Positions 50,625 to 63,602 of a DNA stretch of 64,000 nt are shown piece after piece (the stretch's first letter is position 1; the number at the start of each line of letters is the position of its first letter). This stretch comes from Trichosphaerium sp. ATCC 40318 (Eukaryota; Protista; Tubulinea), in contig JALMLS010000531.1 in the NCBI GenBank assembly GCA_038496445.1, positions 262,755-326,754 of the forward strand, read 5' to 3'. Below the pieces are notes generated by a model that did not search any database, was not told where the DNA came from, and saw only the letters and a list, made by a program, of their open reading frames with translations. A program made the position numbers and the translations under genes.

Positions 50625-51306
50625 CTACAAAGAGTACTCTCCTTGGAGCACACCATTACTGTACTCCAAATGTTTGCTTAGTTGACCACTTTGGTACCAC
50701 GACTTATGTACACCTTCTGGTTTACCTTCAATGTAAAAACCTTGTTCTTTTATTGAACCATCAAAATACCAACTTTTAAACTCTCCATCACGCTTACCAT
50801 TGACATAGTATCCCATACATTTAACACAACCATTAATGTATAAACACTTATACAATCCTTGCAGTCTACCTTGTGAAAAAAAACACTCCTCTAACAGCAT
50901 GCTACAGTCATACCACATCTTACAACTTCCTTCTCTTTTATCATTCACATAGTTACTTTTCTCAAACAATTGGCCATTTCCATACCAAAGCTTGTACTCT
51001 CCTTCTTGTTTACCATTAATAAAAGGACAAATTTCTTTATTTCGACCAGAAGTAGTCGTGTGATATCTCAACCATTTTCCATGTTTTTCAAAATCCTCAT
51101 TAAACCTTGTTGTAAATGCTGTTTGTTTTGATAGAATAGACCACTTTGTGTAAACTTCAAAGTCCAAGTCAATAATATCAAGCTGTAGCTCAAGTGGAAT
51201 CTCTAATAAATGTTTGTAAGGTAGTGTTGAACTAGCTATCATCTAGTAAACTCTTAGAGATATTATACATTAAAACAATCAGTACCTTTCTCTTTGCGTT
51301 GTCCAT
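50625..51306 (-). CDS. MORN-variant (YwqK/MORN_2-like) repeat protein with an F-box-like N-terminus
   Basis: Repeats such as NGKQEGEYKLWYGNGQL and NGKRDGEFKSWYFDGSI; N-terminal IPLELQLDII. A short first exon (MDNAKRK) splices to 51242. Confidence 0.8.
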
Positions 51307-51717
51307 TTTTAAATACTGCGTATCTAACTATAGTTTATTATTCTTAGGCGTACTGGTGTTATTGTCGCAACAAGAAGGTGCCAGGTACGATCTATAAATT
51401 AAGTCTGCTCTATTAAGTGTTCTTAGATAAGTACACTATTTTTGTTACCTTCCGCTTTTCATACTAAACACGTGTTGACTCTTGTTGATTGTAGTATCAG
51501 TCGACGTACTTACATAAATTCTTTAAATACCATAGTTCTTTACGCCTAGAGAAGCTACGATTCATATAGCCCAATAGCGGGTTTATTAATCTTACACAAA
51601 ATCAACTTAGGAGTTTCTCAGAATGTCGCCCTTTCTCACTTTTTATACTTTCTCGAACTGAAACGAGCAAATAGCCTCATAAAAATACACTTTTTTATTA
51701 TAATATTGCTCATGTGC

Positions 51718-54123
51718 TTAGTCTCCAATGAAGAACGTAAATGCTGCTGAAAGTAAAAAAAAGAAACTAGCGATTGAAAAAACGACAATATAACCCAATG
51801 TTGGTAATCGCCAATGATTCTCTCCAAGTATTTGAAATTCATCTAATAAACTACCTGTAATCAAAGGAACAACCACTTTAGCAGAGAGATACGCGCAGCC
51901 ATAGTAGCTATGAGAAAAAAATAAGAAAAGTTGACTGACCAAAACAAATCGAATAAAAAATTAAGAAAGTGACTTCTCACCTCATGTCGACACCGCTTGG
52001 TACTTTCAAACCTTTGTACATATTAATAACCAAGTCTGCGGTGTATGCAATAGTTACAGAGTTGAACATGCCATAGCCAATACCAAGAATGAAGGCATCA
52101 ATAACAGCTATTGTATATCTATCTGTTAAATAAAGAAAAGCCCAAGGTCCTTGTGCTTGAAGTAGTGATGAAATAATTATTACAGTTTTGCGTCCTATCC
52201 AATCTGATAATTTACCTGTTATCAAAGCGCCTATACTCGCTCCAATATTCAACGAAATAACCACGCCTGAAACCTACAGGAACATAAGTTTGAAGTTCAA
52301 GAAGAAAAGAAAACCGTTGCTGAACTGAGATGGATTACGTACAGCAGTGTCAACACTTGTGAACTTGAAAGTCCCGAACAACATAAAAGGAGGTCCTGAT
52401 GTTATAGAGCTGTAGTAAAATGAAACATACTGTGAGAATGCAGTGAACCCTAAGCGAAAGTAAAAAAAAAACAATTCTTGTGTAGAAACTAATGTAAAAC
52501 AAAATACCGGCCCATTCTCATACCTGAACTTCCACAAAAAATAACTATTAGAAGCCAAAAAAAAGACCAGTTACAAAGCGGCTTATAGAGATTCCTTAGA
52601 ATTGCTTTCAAACCTATTATGAAGCTATGAGGTTTTTTTCTTTCGTTTTCATCTTCTTCTTCTTCTTCCTGAATACTTGTATGTTGTACAACATTCACCT
52701 TTCTCTTTACACATAATACAGTGATGACTGTAGTTAGCATATAAAACCCAACTAGAATAAGATAGGCAAGCTGTAATAAAAGTATTAACAGACTCCATTG
52801 AAACAAATAGTTTTTTTCTCGAATTTTATAAAAACGCAACACGCTTTGAAAATGAGTGACTAGTATCTCGAATCAAGTCCGAAGGTTACAATGCGTACTT
52901 TTCTCGATATCAGGTCAAGCAATAATCCTGCAAGTGAAGCTGCTAATGAACCAAGAGCAGCCATACCTTGATAAACAGCAGAAACTGATCCGTGTTGGGA
53001 ATGCGGTACACTATCCGTTATAGCAGCCTCGTATGCTATTTTAATAGTTTATTAGCTCAACTGACAGGTACATATTAAATAAAACCTAACACAATCATAA
53101 AAATTAACGTACGGCCCATTGTAAGTATGAGAGATGTACTACAAAACAAGGTTACAAAAAATTCTCCAGAATTTTGAAAAGAGAACTCAAAAACTCAATT
53201 GTTATTTCGCTTACCATGTTATAAGGAATCCTATCATTAACATAAACGTATGACTTGCAAAAGCTAATACAACACCACCAATACTGAATACAATGCTAAA
53301 AAAACGAGTGTTCGGAAAGAGAAAACAAACTATTTCAAAAAAACTTCGTCACGTGCCCTCCAACAATAATATACGGGCGTCTGTGTCCCTGTACAAAAAG
53401 ACTGTAGTTAATATCCGGTCTCGTTCTGAGTAAAAAACGCGTGTGAGTACGTACAATGATTGTATTTGTTTTATCGGACAGTAGACTCCTTGAGAAACCG
53501 GCAGTGAGTTTTAGGAAGTAGTGAACCAAAAAAAAAGAGTATTTCGTACATTAGTGGTATTCCGAGTACTGTAAATATATTTGCTACTGTGACAGTGGTA
53601 CCAAGAAGTTTCCCTTTATTCTTACCAGCGAAGTCTGAGAACTGACTACAGGAAAAAACGTTGGTGAGCGAACATGTCAAAAAAATAAAAAAAAAACAAC
53701 AAAACAATTCTGGGTGACTTAGAAGTCAATAATTAAACTTCTAACTATCATAATCTTAACAAACTACTCATCATTCATACATGACACGCCCTAATTTTCC
53801 CAGACGTGCCGTTATAAACGATATTTTGAACATTTGTTTTCGACAATTGTTATGATCAAAAAAAAATGATTTCTGAAAAAGTACAACGGTATTAAAAGCG
53901 ATACCTTGGTAGTAATACGATCATTATAAGCGTAGCAGAGCCCAACATTGAAAAATTAAGCGTCCTGATGAGGTCTTAAGGAATTTACGCTTGCCTTTTC
54001 TTACGAGAAGCCAATCATGCGTAAAACGCTCCACTTTTGTCTATGTACAGGTACGGAAGCGTAAACAGGTATTTCGTGCTGATCATCAACCAAACACCTT
54101 TCTTCTTCGTTGTTTATGGACAT
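51718..54123 (-). CDS. Major facilitator superfamily transporter (SLC45/sucrose-transporter-like)
   Basis: Multiple TM exons with GHRRPYIIVGG and GKLSDWIGRKTVII MFS loop motifs. Confidence 0.85.
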
Positions 54124-54603
54124 TGGCTATTTAATAGCGTAATCCGAAGGTTTCCACTTTTTCGGCGCTATTGGCGTTGTGTACTGACCTGTCACGACTT
54201 CTTCTGACTATTCTAGCTCTTAAATCCGCCCAACTAAGGTTTGGATACCTTGACAGGTTTTCAGTATGCTCATTGCTTCATGTCTTGCATTGGCATCAAA
54301 TAATATTGTCGTTTGGTAGCATACCGCCTCGCAACGATGCTATAACTATCAGGAGACTTCTACGAACAGTTGAGAAACCTACGAAAGCTGAATTACATAG
54401 AAACACGCAAAACTATCGCCGTAGTGGCACGTTCTCTACTTTATGACATGGTAGGTACATGGCCTACAAAGAATGGTAGGTGGACCACAAAGAACTAATA
54501 AATACAAGTCAAAGTTGGTCCTGGCACGTGGTGAAAAACCCAAATTATTCTATTTTCTTTTTTAACGTCTAAACACGTTTTTTTGTAAATCTACAGTAAC
54601 ACC

Positions 54604-54926
54604 ATGGCGTCTAATTATTCTTATACAAACGGACGCTCTCAGAAGAATTCACCGGTTAATGTAAAGGAGGAAGAGCCTAAAATGGCACGTTTGACGTCGT
54701 TTTTTTAGTGTTTAACAAAAAATGACTATTTTCACAGACAGTAGACTTGAGCGTTCTGGATCTTCAGTCTTTACGAGTATACAAGCGAAAGAACAGGCTT
54801 AAAACTAGAAGTAACCCAACAAAGCAAGAATTAATAGATGCGGCCACGGAGCACTTTAGAACATGGGAAATGCCTTCTGACTACGAGGTGTTAGATAATT
54901 TCCTGTACAACGCAAGGTTTACGTAA
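54604..54926 (+). CDS. SAP30: SAP30 Sin3-binding domain protein (3' end uncertain)
   Basis: DLSVLDLQSLRVYKRKNRLKTRSNPTKQELIDAATEHFRTWEMPSDYEVLDNFLY matches the SAP30 C-terminal domain pattern. One intron. Missed by the ORF track. Confidence 0.75.
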
Positions 54927-55284
54927 ACAACGTAACACACGTGTCTATTTTTTCGTCCGATTTCAAAAAGAAGAAGTACACGTGATACTTTAGAAAACAC
55001 ATGTTCATACTCACTTTAATAATGTACTAGATATTATTAATAAATAGTGTTCAACACCAGATAGCGAATGCATAAAAAAACCTAAAGTCTTGTAGATTGT
55101 GAAGCTTGTTACATGCGATAGTGTCGGTAGTACGTTTTGGCCTATTTAACAGACCCGTTACTGTGGTCCCAAGCCATTACCCAGCAACTTATTGCACAAA
55201 GTGGGGCACTGTCGCTCTATTGCAGACAATCACAAGTTTAAAATTATGAGTGTCTAGAACAACCGTAGCTTTTTTATTTACAGT

Positions 55285-56680
55285 TTACGGTGTATCGTGA
55301 ATAAGAGCACCTTCAGTAGCAATGTGACTCTCTATAAACTTAATCACAATGTCACAAGCTTGATCATAGTCCAAGTATGGAGGCTGAGATGGGTCGTTAT
55401 TACACTGTGTTGCTTCGGGTACCTACAAAACAAGTCAGTTTAAACAACTTAAATCAGAATAGTATTTCACGGTTAACGTGATTTCTGCACGTTTTGTATA
55501 AACGTCTCCATACAATTATTGTTTTGAATCCATGTTGTCTTGCTTTCATCATACCAGCAGGTCTGTTTGTTACACAGTAGTTTGATTGAATACCAACATA
55601 AATGATAGTATCGATATCTAGAAAAAAGTTAGCATAGATGACCATGTTCATTGATGTACATACTGAGCTTATTCAATAAACAAAACAATTCTGTTGGATT
55701 ATCAGGGTTGACTAAAATTGCGTTTAACAACATGTATCACTCTGTGTTGTTGTACCCATAAGATCATATTTATCAATGTAGATATCTGGATTAATGCGTG
55801 TCCATACAGCCTTTGGCACAGCACCACTAATGCATCCTGTAAGCTTAAATGCAGGTTGTTTTGGTGGAGTCCATCTTTAAATATGAAGGTTAGAATGGTT
55901 TATATCAATGCAATGGTGTTCACATACATGATATTATTCTTGTTAGCTTTTTCTGATGTACAATTTGTGGTAAGCTGATTTGTACGAAGACGAGCAGGGT
56001 AATCTTTGTAGAAATTGATGATATCAGCAGGTGCATGGATAACTTGCATTCCTATCAATAAGTAAGATACAATTCCTCTGCAAACCAGAGGCTAAACTGA
56101 GCTAATGTACCTTTTGCTCTTGCTGCATTGAGAGTCGTGTTTACAATTGGAGCAAGTGCCAGAGCTCTTGCTTTATCTACAGGGCACCAATGATTATCCC
56201 ACATATCGATTGAAACCACTGCAGTTCTAGCAGGGTCAAGGGAAACCTACAAACAGGTGTTAATAAAATCTATTGATAGATACATTCTATTGAATATGGA
56301 GAACTTTGGAGAATGGATACAAAAATGTCACGTGCCGTCTTTATTATTGTTTTATAAAATGGTAATGTTGCATCTAGAATCAATTTACGTTGTTGAAGCA
56401 CTACCTCATTCGATTCTTGACATAAAGCACAATTTGAAGAATTGAAATCAAAGTGAGGAGGCGTGTAGCCTTTTTTGTTGTCAGAGTACTCATAGTATTC
56501 GTGCGCTATAGGGTTGCGCTCTTCTGAATGCCTTCGTTCTATAACCAGAGCTACACTTAAAACAGCAGCACATAGCAACGCCATTAGTGATATTCCAAGG
56601 ATATATGACTTTAGTGTAGGCATAGTGCTTGTAGTGTTCGTATTACTATGAAATGAATCAGCCCGCAAACTGCGGTACAT
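55285..56680 (-). CDS. Membrane-anchored isochorismatase-family cysteine hydrolase, paralog 1
   Basis: N-terminal TM; LDPARTAVVSIDMWDNHWCP, VIHAPADIINFYKDYPAR, WTRINPDI, IIYVGIQSNYCVTNRPAG and DPSQPPY. Confidence 0.8.
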
Positions 56681-57405
56681 GGTTAAGTCATGTGTTCCGG
56701 AAGTCTCGTGTCCAGAAAATAGTAGAATTCTTGTTTTGCCACTAAAATAACCACTAGTACATGTGTAGTGTAGGTATACTTCTCCTGCAGAAGAATTGTC
56801 TAACTTCTAAACAAGTACTAATCATGGGACTGTAAATTCCGGTAGTTTCTTCTAACACGTTTTGAACAACACGTGATTTGTTTTATTCTGTTTGAAAACC
56901 TCATTAAACCGGCACGAGGAATAACCATACTCCGAAAAGACACGAAACAATGTACAAAATTAAACACCATTCTCCACAACAAGAGTTGGTACGTAGTTAA
57001 TTAGTATTGATACCAGTCGCCCAGAAATTAAGGCCGACGTTTTCGGCCTACGTTCTCACATTTCCTACAATTGAACTTTTCTCTTCTCTATAATCATCCG
57101 ACATATCCTTTCATTTATCTCCTGTCATAGTGTACAATTCAGGTTTACATCAAACACATGTAGGGTTTCATTTAAAACAGGGACAGATCTTTTATTTCAA
57201 ATGCAGAAAAGGTGAACAATGCAATACACTTCAGGTTTACAGTAGCCACATGTGGTAGTCGTTTTTATTTTGTGATTATGATAGCCCTTGGTATATGGAG
57301 TAAGATACTCCTTTAGCACCAACAGTTCTTTTGGTAATATAATACATTTGGACACATTGGAACACCAACATCAGATACAACATTTGTTTTGCAAAGGTAT
57401 TTTTT

Positions 57406-58770
57406 TTAAATAAGAGCGCCTTCAGTAGCAATATGACTCTCTATAAACTTGATCACAATGTCACAAGCTTGATCATAGTCCAAGTATGGAGGCTGAGATG
57501 GGTCGTTATTACACTGTGTTGCTTCGGGTACCTACAAAACAAGTCAGTTTAAACAACTTAAATCATAACAGTATTTCACGGTTAACGTGATTTCTGCACG
57601 TTTTGTATAATCCATACAATTATTGTTTTGAATCCATGTTGTCTTGCTTTCATCATACCAGCAGGTCTGTTTGTTACACAGTAGTTTGATTGAATACCAA
57701 CATAAATGATAGTATCGATATCTAGAAAAACAGTAAGCATAGATGACCATGTTCACTGATGTACATACTGAGCTTATTCAATAAACAAAACAATTCTGTT
57801 GGATTATCAGGGTTGACTAAAATTGCGTTTAACAACATGTATCACTCTGTGTTTGTTGTACCCATAAGATCATATTTATCAATGTAGATATCTGGATTAA
57901 TGCGTGTCCATACGGCCTTTGGTACTACGTCATTAATACATTTTGTAAGCTTAAATGCAGGTTGTTTTGGTGGATTCCATCTTTAAATATGAAGGTTAGA
58001 ACAGTTTATATCAAAAGCAATGGTGTTCACATACATGATATTATTCTGGTTAGCTTTTTCTGATGTACAGTATCTGGTGAGCCACTTTGTACGAAGACGA
58101 GCAGGGTAATCTTTGTAGAAATTGATGATATCAGCAGGTGCATGGATAACTTGCATTCCTATCAACAAGCAAGATCCATTTAGTAGACTGTAGTTAAAAC
58201 TCCTTTGCGAAACGGGAGCTGAAATAAGTAGAAATATGTACCTTTCGCTCTTGCTGCATTGAGAGTCGTGTTTACAATTGGGGCAAGTGCCAGAGCTCTT
58301 GCTTTGTCTACAGGGCACCAATGATTATCCCACATATCGATTGAAACCACCGCAGTTTTAGCCGGATCAAGGGAACCCTAACAAGTGTTAATAGAATCAC
58401 ATTGATTTACAGAATTTTGGAGAATAAAAATGTCACGTGCCTTCTTTATTATTGTTTTATAAAATGGTAATGTTGCATCTCGAATCAATTTACGTTGTTG
58501 AAGCACTACCTCACTCGATTCTTGACATAAAGCACAATTTGAAGAATTGAAATCAAAGTGAGGTGCCGTGTAGCCTGTTCTGTTGTCAAAGTACTCATAG
58601 TACTTGTGCGCTGTAGGGTTTTGCTCTTGAGAATACACTGTAGGGTTCTCTCTGAAATGCCTTGGTTCTATCACTAGAACTACGCAAATCACAGCAGCGC
58701 ATAGTATTACAAGTAGTGATATCCCAAGGATATAAGACTTTAGTGTAGGTGTACCAGTAGTGTTTTTCAT
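57406..58770 (-). CDS. Membrane-anchored isochorismatase-family cysteine hydrolase, paralog 2
   Basis: Same exon structure and motifs. Nearly identical to paralog 1 over the 3' half, introns included. Confidence 0.8.
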
Positions 58771-60962
58771 GGTAACGAAATACAAAGTGCCCGCAAACTG
58801 CGGAACTGGTTAAGGCATGTGTTCCGAAAATGTATTGTAGAATTCTTATTTCTCCAATGTACTCCCGCTTACTCCTTGTTAGTTCTTCTCATTTAAAGCA
58901 GAACGATGTGAATTTGTTTTGAAACCCATGGCACCAAACCCGATACCCGCGCTAGCGGCGGTGATTTTGTATTTTGAAATTGTTTGGGGTTCCCAATACG
59001 ACGGACTATCTATTCCGACAAGGAATAATCTTCACTATCTCGCTATTCCGCTTCTACAAAAAAAAACCACCCAAAATGTCGCTATCTAACTAGCTACCAT
59101 CCCTTTCTGCTACGCTTTCAAAACATGTATGCGGGTGAAAAGTATGGAAAAAGATCTTTTAATATTTAGTGTAGTAGTTGTATTGTATGTAAATACCAAC
59201 ATCGAGCGATAAACGCTAGCTAAGGTGTAGAAACTTGAAGCCTTTCGAAATACAAAAATTGCTACGTTTTTCATTTCAAAAATCACGTGCTCTGACGACC
59301 GTGAACCAATAAAGGTCATATAGTTATTCACAAAAAATTGCGCGCTAACAGTTAGATATTACCCAATTGTTTTAGGGCAGTACACAAAAGATATATAGCG
59401 CTAGCGGTGCACACAAAATCACAGGGATTTTGGGACAGTCACTACGTAGTTCCTTTTATGCCGTATTGCGCGCCACCCACATGTAGCGTTAAAGTTCGGT
59501 TTCGGGTTTGCGAGCAAGTTGGGGACCCACTAGAAGCTTTAATGTCTAGATGATTATGTGAGTGGAACTAAATTGACGCATACGAGTTCTTGGTGTCATG
59601 GCAACTGAGCAAGGGTATAACGTCAAATGTAACCCCATTGAAGAGGGACCCAAGCTTTGTAAAGAGCTGTAACTACAAGTTAGACAATGCCATGAAGACG
59701 GTAGCGCTTAGCGGTGAGTGGTCGGTATTGAAGAAGTGTAAGAACAGATAACGTGGTACCTAAACGGTATTGGTGGAGCACAGGGTCTTTAACCTAGAAA
59801 CAGGCATGCGTACGTGCCTAGACTCCATAGATTTATCACCACTACGCCGTTTTTGTGAACAAAACTGGTTTTAGGTGGCGACATTATGCCAGCAATACAA
59901 AGTGCTTTCGAAAACTCAAATTCTTTTCACAAGTTAAACAATTGTAAGAATTTATACTAACCACATAGATTGATAAGATTTGTTATGTAGATATTTGTAT
60001 GCACTCATGCAATGTCTTGGTTGGAATATCCAATTGTTAGATCTAACATACAAGGTACGTAAAAGAAGGGAGGCACACAAAATCACATTCGGGATAAGTG
60101 TCTATGATGTTAGTGCGAAACACCAGATGTTGCCGTAGTTTCTATGTGCGTAAATAGAGTGCTATACCTTTGGCTCTTGGTCCCCACGTGTGTTTGAGAT
60201 GGGTTTGGGAACTCTTTGGTGTACCCACAAGAAGCGTTAAGGTGATTTATTACAAACATTACTCTAGAGGTGCTTCACAAAAGTATTGACAAAATTGCAT
60301 GTGCATTTTTTTTATTTAATGCAGGATCACGGTAACTACGACCAGTTTTAATTTGCCTTTGTTGTAAGAGCAATAACTAATTAAATATCCGGTGCCTGGA
60401 CTCCATAGATTTGTCAACAGTGCGCCATTTTAATTTCCCGAATATTTTATTTTTATTTTCCGACTATTTTATTTTAATTTACCAGTCTGTTGTACTCACA
60501 AGTTAGATAAATGCAAGCTATTTTATGTAACTTTGTTGTGACTCGTAAATCCTATTCACAAAACATTGCAGTAATCGCCTACATAAATTTCAGGCGACAT
60601 TTTATGCACGTTTATCTACTCATTAGGATTGAACAACAAAAATCTTTAGCATTGATTAACTGCTCACCTTACTTTTGAACAATTGAGTTTTCGCGTGTTT
60701 AAACAGTATCATGCGCAATTTAGTATTTCCTAATATTCTGTAACAGATCTTTTATTTCAATCGTGCAGAAAAGGTGAACAATGCAATACACTTCAGGTTT
60801 ACAGTAACCACATGTGGTAGTCTTTTTTATTTTGTGATTACGATACCCCTTGGCGTATGGAGTAAGGTACTCCTTAAGCACTAACGTTCTTTTGGTAAAT
60901 ATAATACATTAGGTCACATCAGATAAACTAGCTTTGCCAGGATTCGTCAACCAAAGAGGTTT

Positions 60963-62357
60963 TTATGTGGGATTAATAAGAGAGCCTTCAGTAGCAATAT
61001 GACTCTCTATAAACTTGATCACAATATCACAAGCTTGATCATAGTTCAAGTATGGAGGTTCAGATGGGTCGTTATTACACTGTGTCGCTTGAGGTACCTA
61101 CACAACAAGTCAGTTTAAAATAATAAAAAAATGAGAAAAGCAAATTATATCACGTGATTTCCCCATTTCCACAAAACGGTCTCCGTACAATTATTGTTTT
61201 GAATCCATATTTTCTCGCTTTCATCATACCAGCAGGTCTGTTTGTTACACAATAGTTTGATTGAATACCAACATAAATGATAGTATCGATATCTAGAAAA
61301 AAACTAAGCACAGGCAATGATAGTGGTTTGGGAATAAACTGTCAAATAAATTTACTTTGTTCGTTTAACCCGAGGTAAGAATGCTGGAGCATTACATTTA
61401 TTGACAGTACGTACTTAGCTTATGTAGCAAACAAAACATCTCAGTTTTTCCATCAGGATTAACTAAGAATAGTGTTAAAACTGATTATAATACTACTGCT
61501 TACCCATTAAGTCATAATCATCAATGTAGATATCTGGATTAATTCGTGTCCACACCAACCTTGCCTTAGCTCCTTCGTTGGGGCAATTTGTAAGTTTGTA
61601 AGCAGGTAATTTTGGTGGGTTCCATCTTCGAAGAAATCATTAGAATATATCCACATCAACTGGAGTGTAGCGAGAAGTGTTGCTATAACGTACTTTATTA
61701 TATTTTTTTTTAATTCTTTTGTTGAACAATGAAGGCTAAGTCTACGTGTACGTTTGCGAGCGGGATGATCTTTATAGAAACCTAGAACATCAGCAGGAGC
61801 GTGTACGATTTGCATTCCTATCAAACAAGAAATTAGTATTTTGGACATTTATTTCTTCCGAGCATCGCTAAAACTGAAATAAGTAGATATGTGTACCTCT
61901 CGCTCTTGCTGCGTTGAGAGTAATATTTACAATTGGAGCAAGCGCCATAGCCCTTGCTTTATCTACAGGGCACCAATGATTGTCCCACATGTCGATTGAA
62001 ACCACTGCAGTTTTAGCAGGGTTATAAGTAGCCTACTACGTGTTAGTAGAAGCGAAAACGATTTCATTCGGAGTATTAGTTACTTACCGATTCTAAAATT
62101 GTTTTATAGTAAGGCTTAGGACCGTCTGTCATCAGTTTACGTGTTCTCAGTAGAACCTCATTTGGTTCCCTGCACAGCACGCAGTTCGATTCGTCAATTT
62201 CAACTTCAGGTGTGCTGGTGCCTCTAGTTTCGACGTATTCATAGTATACAAGGGCCTTCTTGCTTGATTGTGAGGGTGTAGTAAGAAGAAGAGTGATACA
62301 AAATGTGAGGACACACGACACTGCGAATGATATTCCCAGTTTTACTATCATGCCCAT
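60963..62357 (-). CDS. Membrane-anchored isochorismatase-family cysteine hydrolase, paralog 3
   Basis: More diverged N-terminus; same DMWDNHWCP and GIQSNYCV motifs and the same intron positions. Confidence 0.8.
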
Positions 62358-63602
62358 AGGTTGGGCTTTCACTTCAGCAGATATATTTTAAGATTATTTT
62401 TTTAGTGTCCATACTTAAAGTATTTGAGGTCCGTTAACAAAGCTAACACCACAGTGTTTAGAAGCAACGTTTCCAGTGCCCCCTTCGCCACGTATACACA
62501 GTGGTCAAACGAGAAAATATCCATTTGTATTACGTCATTGTCGGAATTTTCCTCCTGATATTAAAGCATCGATATAAAGCTTGTAGTTAGTCTAAAGTTT
62601 ATCCCGACATTTGCGGGCATAATTGGGTACACATGAAAAAAATCCAAGTTGTTTTTATAGTATGGCTTTCCTTACGCTCAGCCATCGTATTATTTTCACG
62701 TGGGCGCCCGATGCACCAATCTTTTATTTTTTGTGACACTGATTATAATCTCCACGCCAACGGAGTGCGGTACCTGTAGACCAACAGTTCTTTGATAAAT
62801 TTAATCTCCTAGAAGATAACAAAAAAAAACCAATAGATTACAGTAACGAATAGCAATATTGACCAATCTATTGCAAAAACGTACATACATAGTGTCTAGA
62901 AGCCATTACAAATACAATAGCATCGTTTTATAACAATCTATTGTATTCCTTTAGTCAAAACAACGCAAAACGCCTTATCCGAGCATCAAACCGCGTAGGA
63001 ACACCGTCTGAAGTGCTAAAAATCCAATAGCTGCTACAACATTTCTTAAGCTAACGGACAGTCTAAAAACGCCCTAATAATGCTTTCATACGTAGTATTT
63101 AACGGAAAGGGTCCCACAGGCCAAATAAAGTACAGCCGAAGAGACTTGCTAAAACTGGCATGAAGACACTTTTAATTGAGTAAACCCACCCTTCATTCAT
63201 GCTAAACACTTATCCCAATATCATATAACAAATGATATGAAAAACAATCTGGTAAAAAAGCGACAATCCAAAAACAAAGACAACTTCCAGAATGTTGGTA
63301 TACAATTCCCATTATTTTCTTTAGATTGTCACTTTCCCTTAGTGTCCAATCAATGCCATGAATTTCGTGGCAGATGACCTTTGATCCATAGGGTTTTATG
63401 TGAGATTTTGGACAATCTGCCACGAAACTTAAGGATGTAAAGTATATTCTTTACAACAAAGTTCAGTTTTACTTTAAACACGTGTTTTGTAACACCGTTT
63501 TGATGTCACGTGGGGTTTTTTTTCAATCAATGAAAACAAACATTCCATTGTTTTTGAACACCTTTGAACGTTCGCTAAAAGCATATTCTTCATAACCACA
63601 AC

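Noticed and set aside
54685-54745. GC donor (GCACGT) in the SAP30 intron
   Set aside because: An alternative GT donor 4 nt downstream with the next AG also keeps the frame, so it was not counted.
62760-63440. Possible small minus-strand gene around ORF 63202-63423
   Set aside because: I could not build a consistent spliced frame or recognise a domain.
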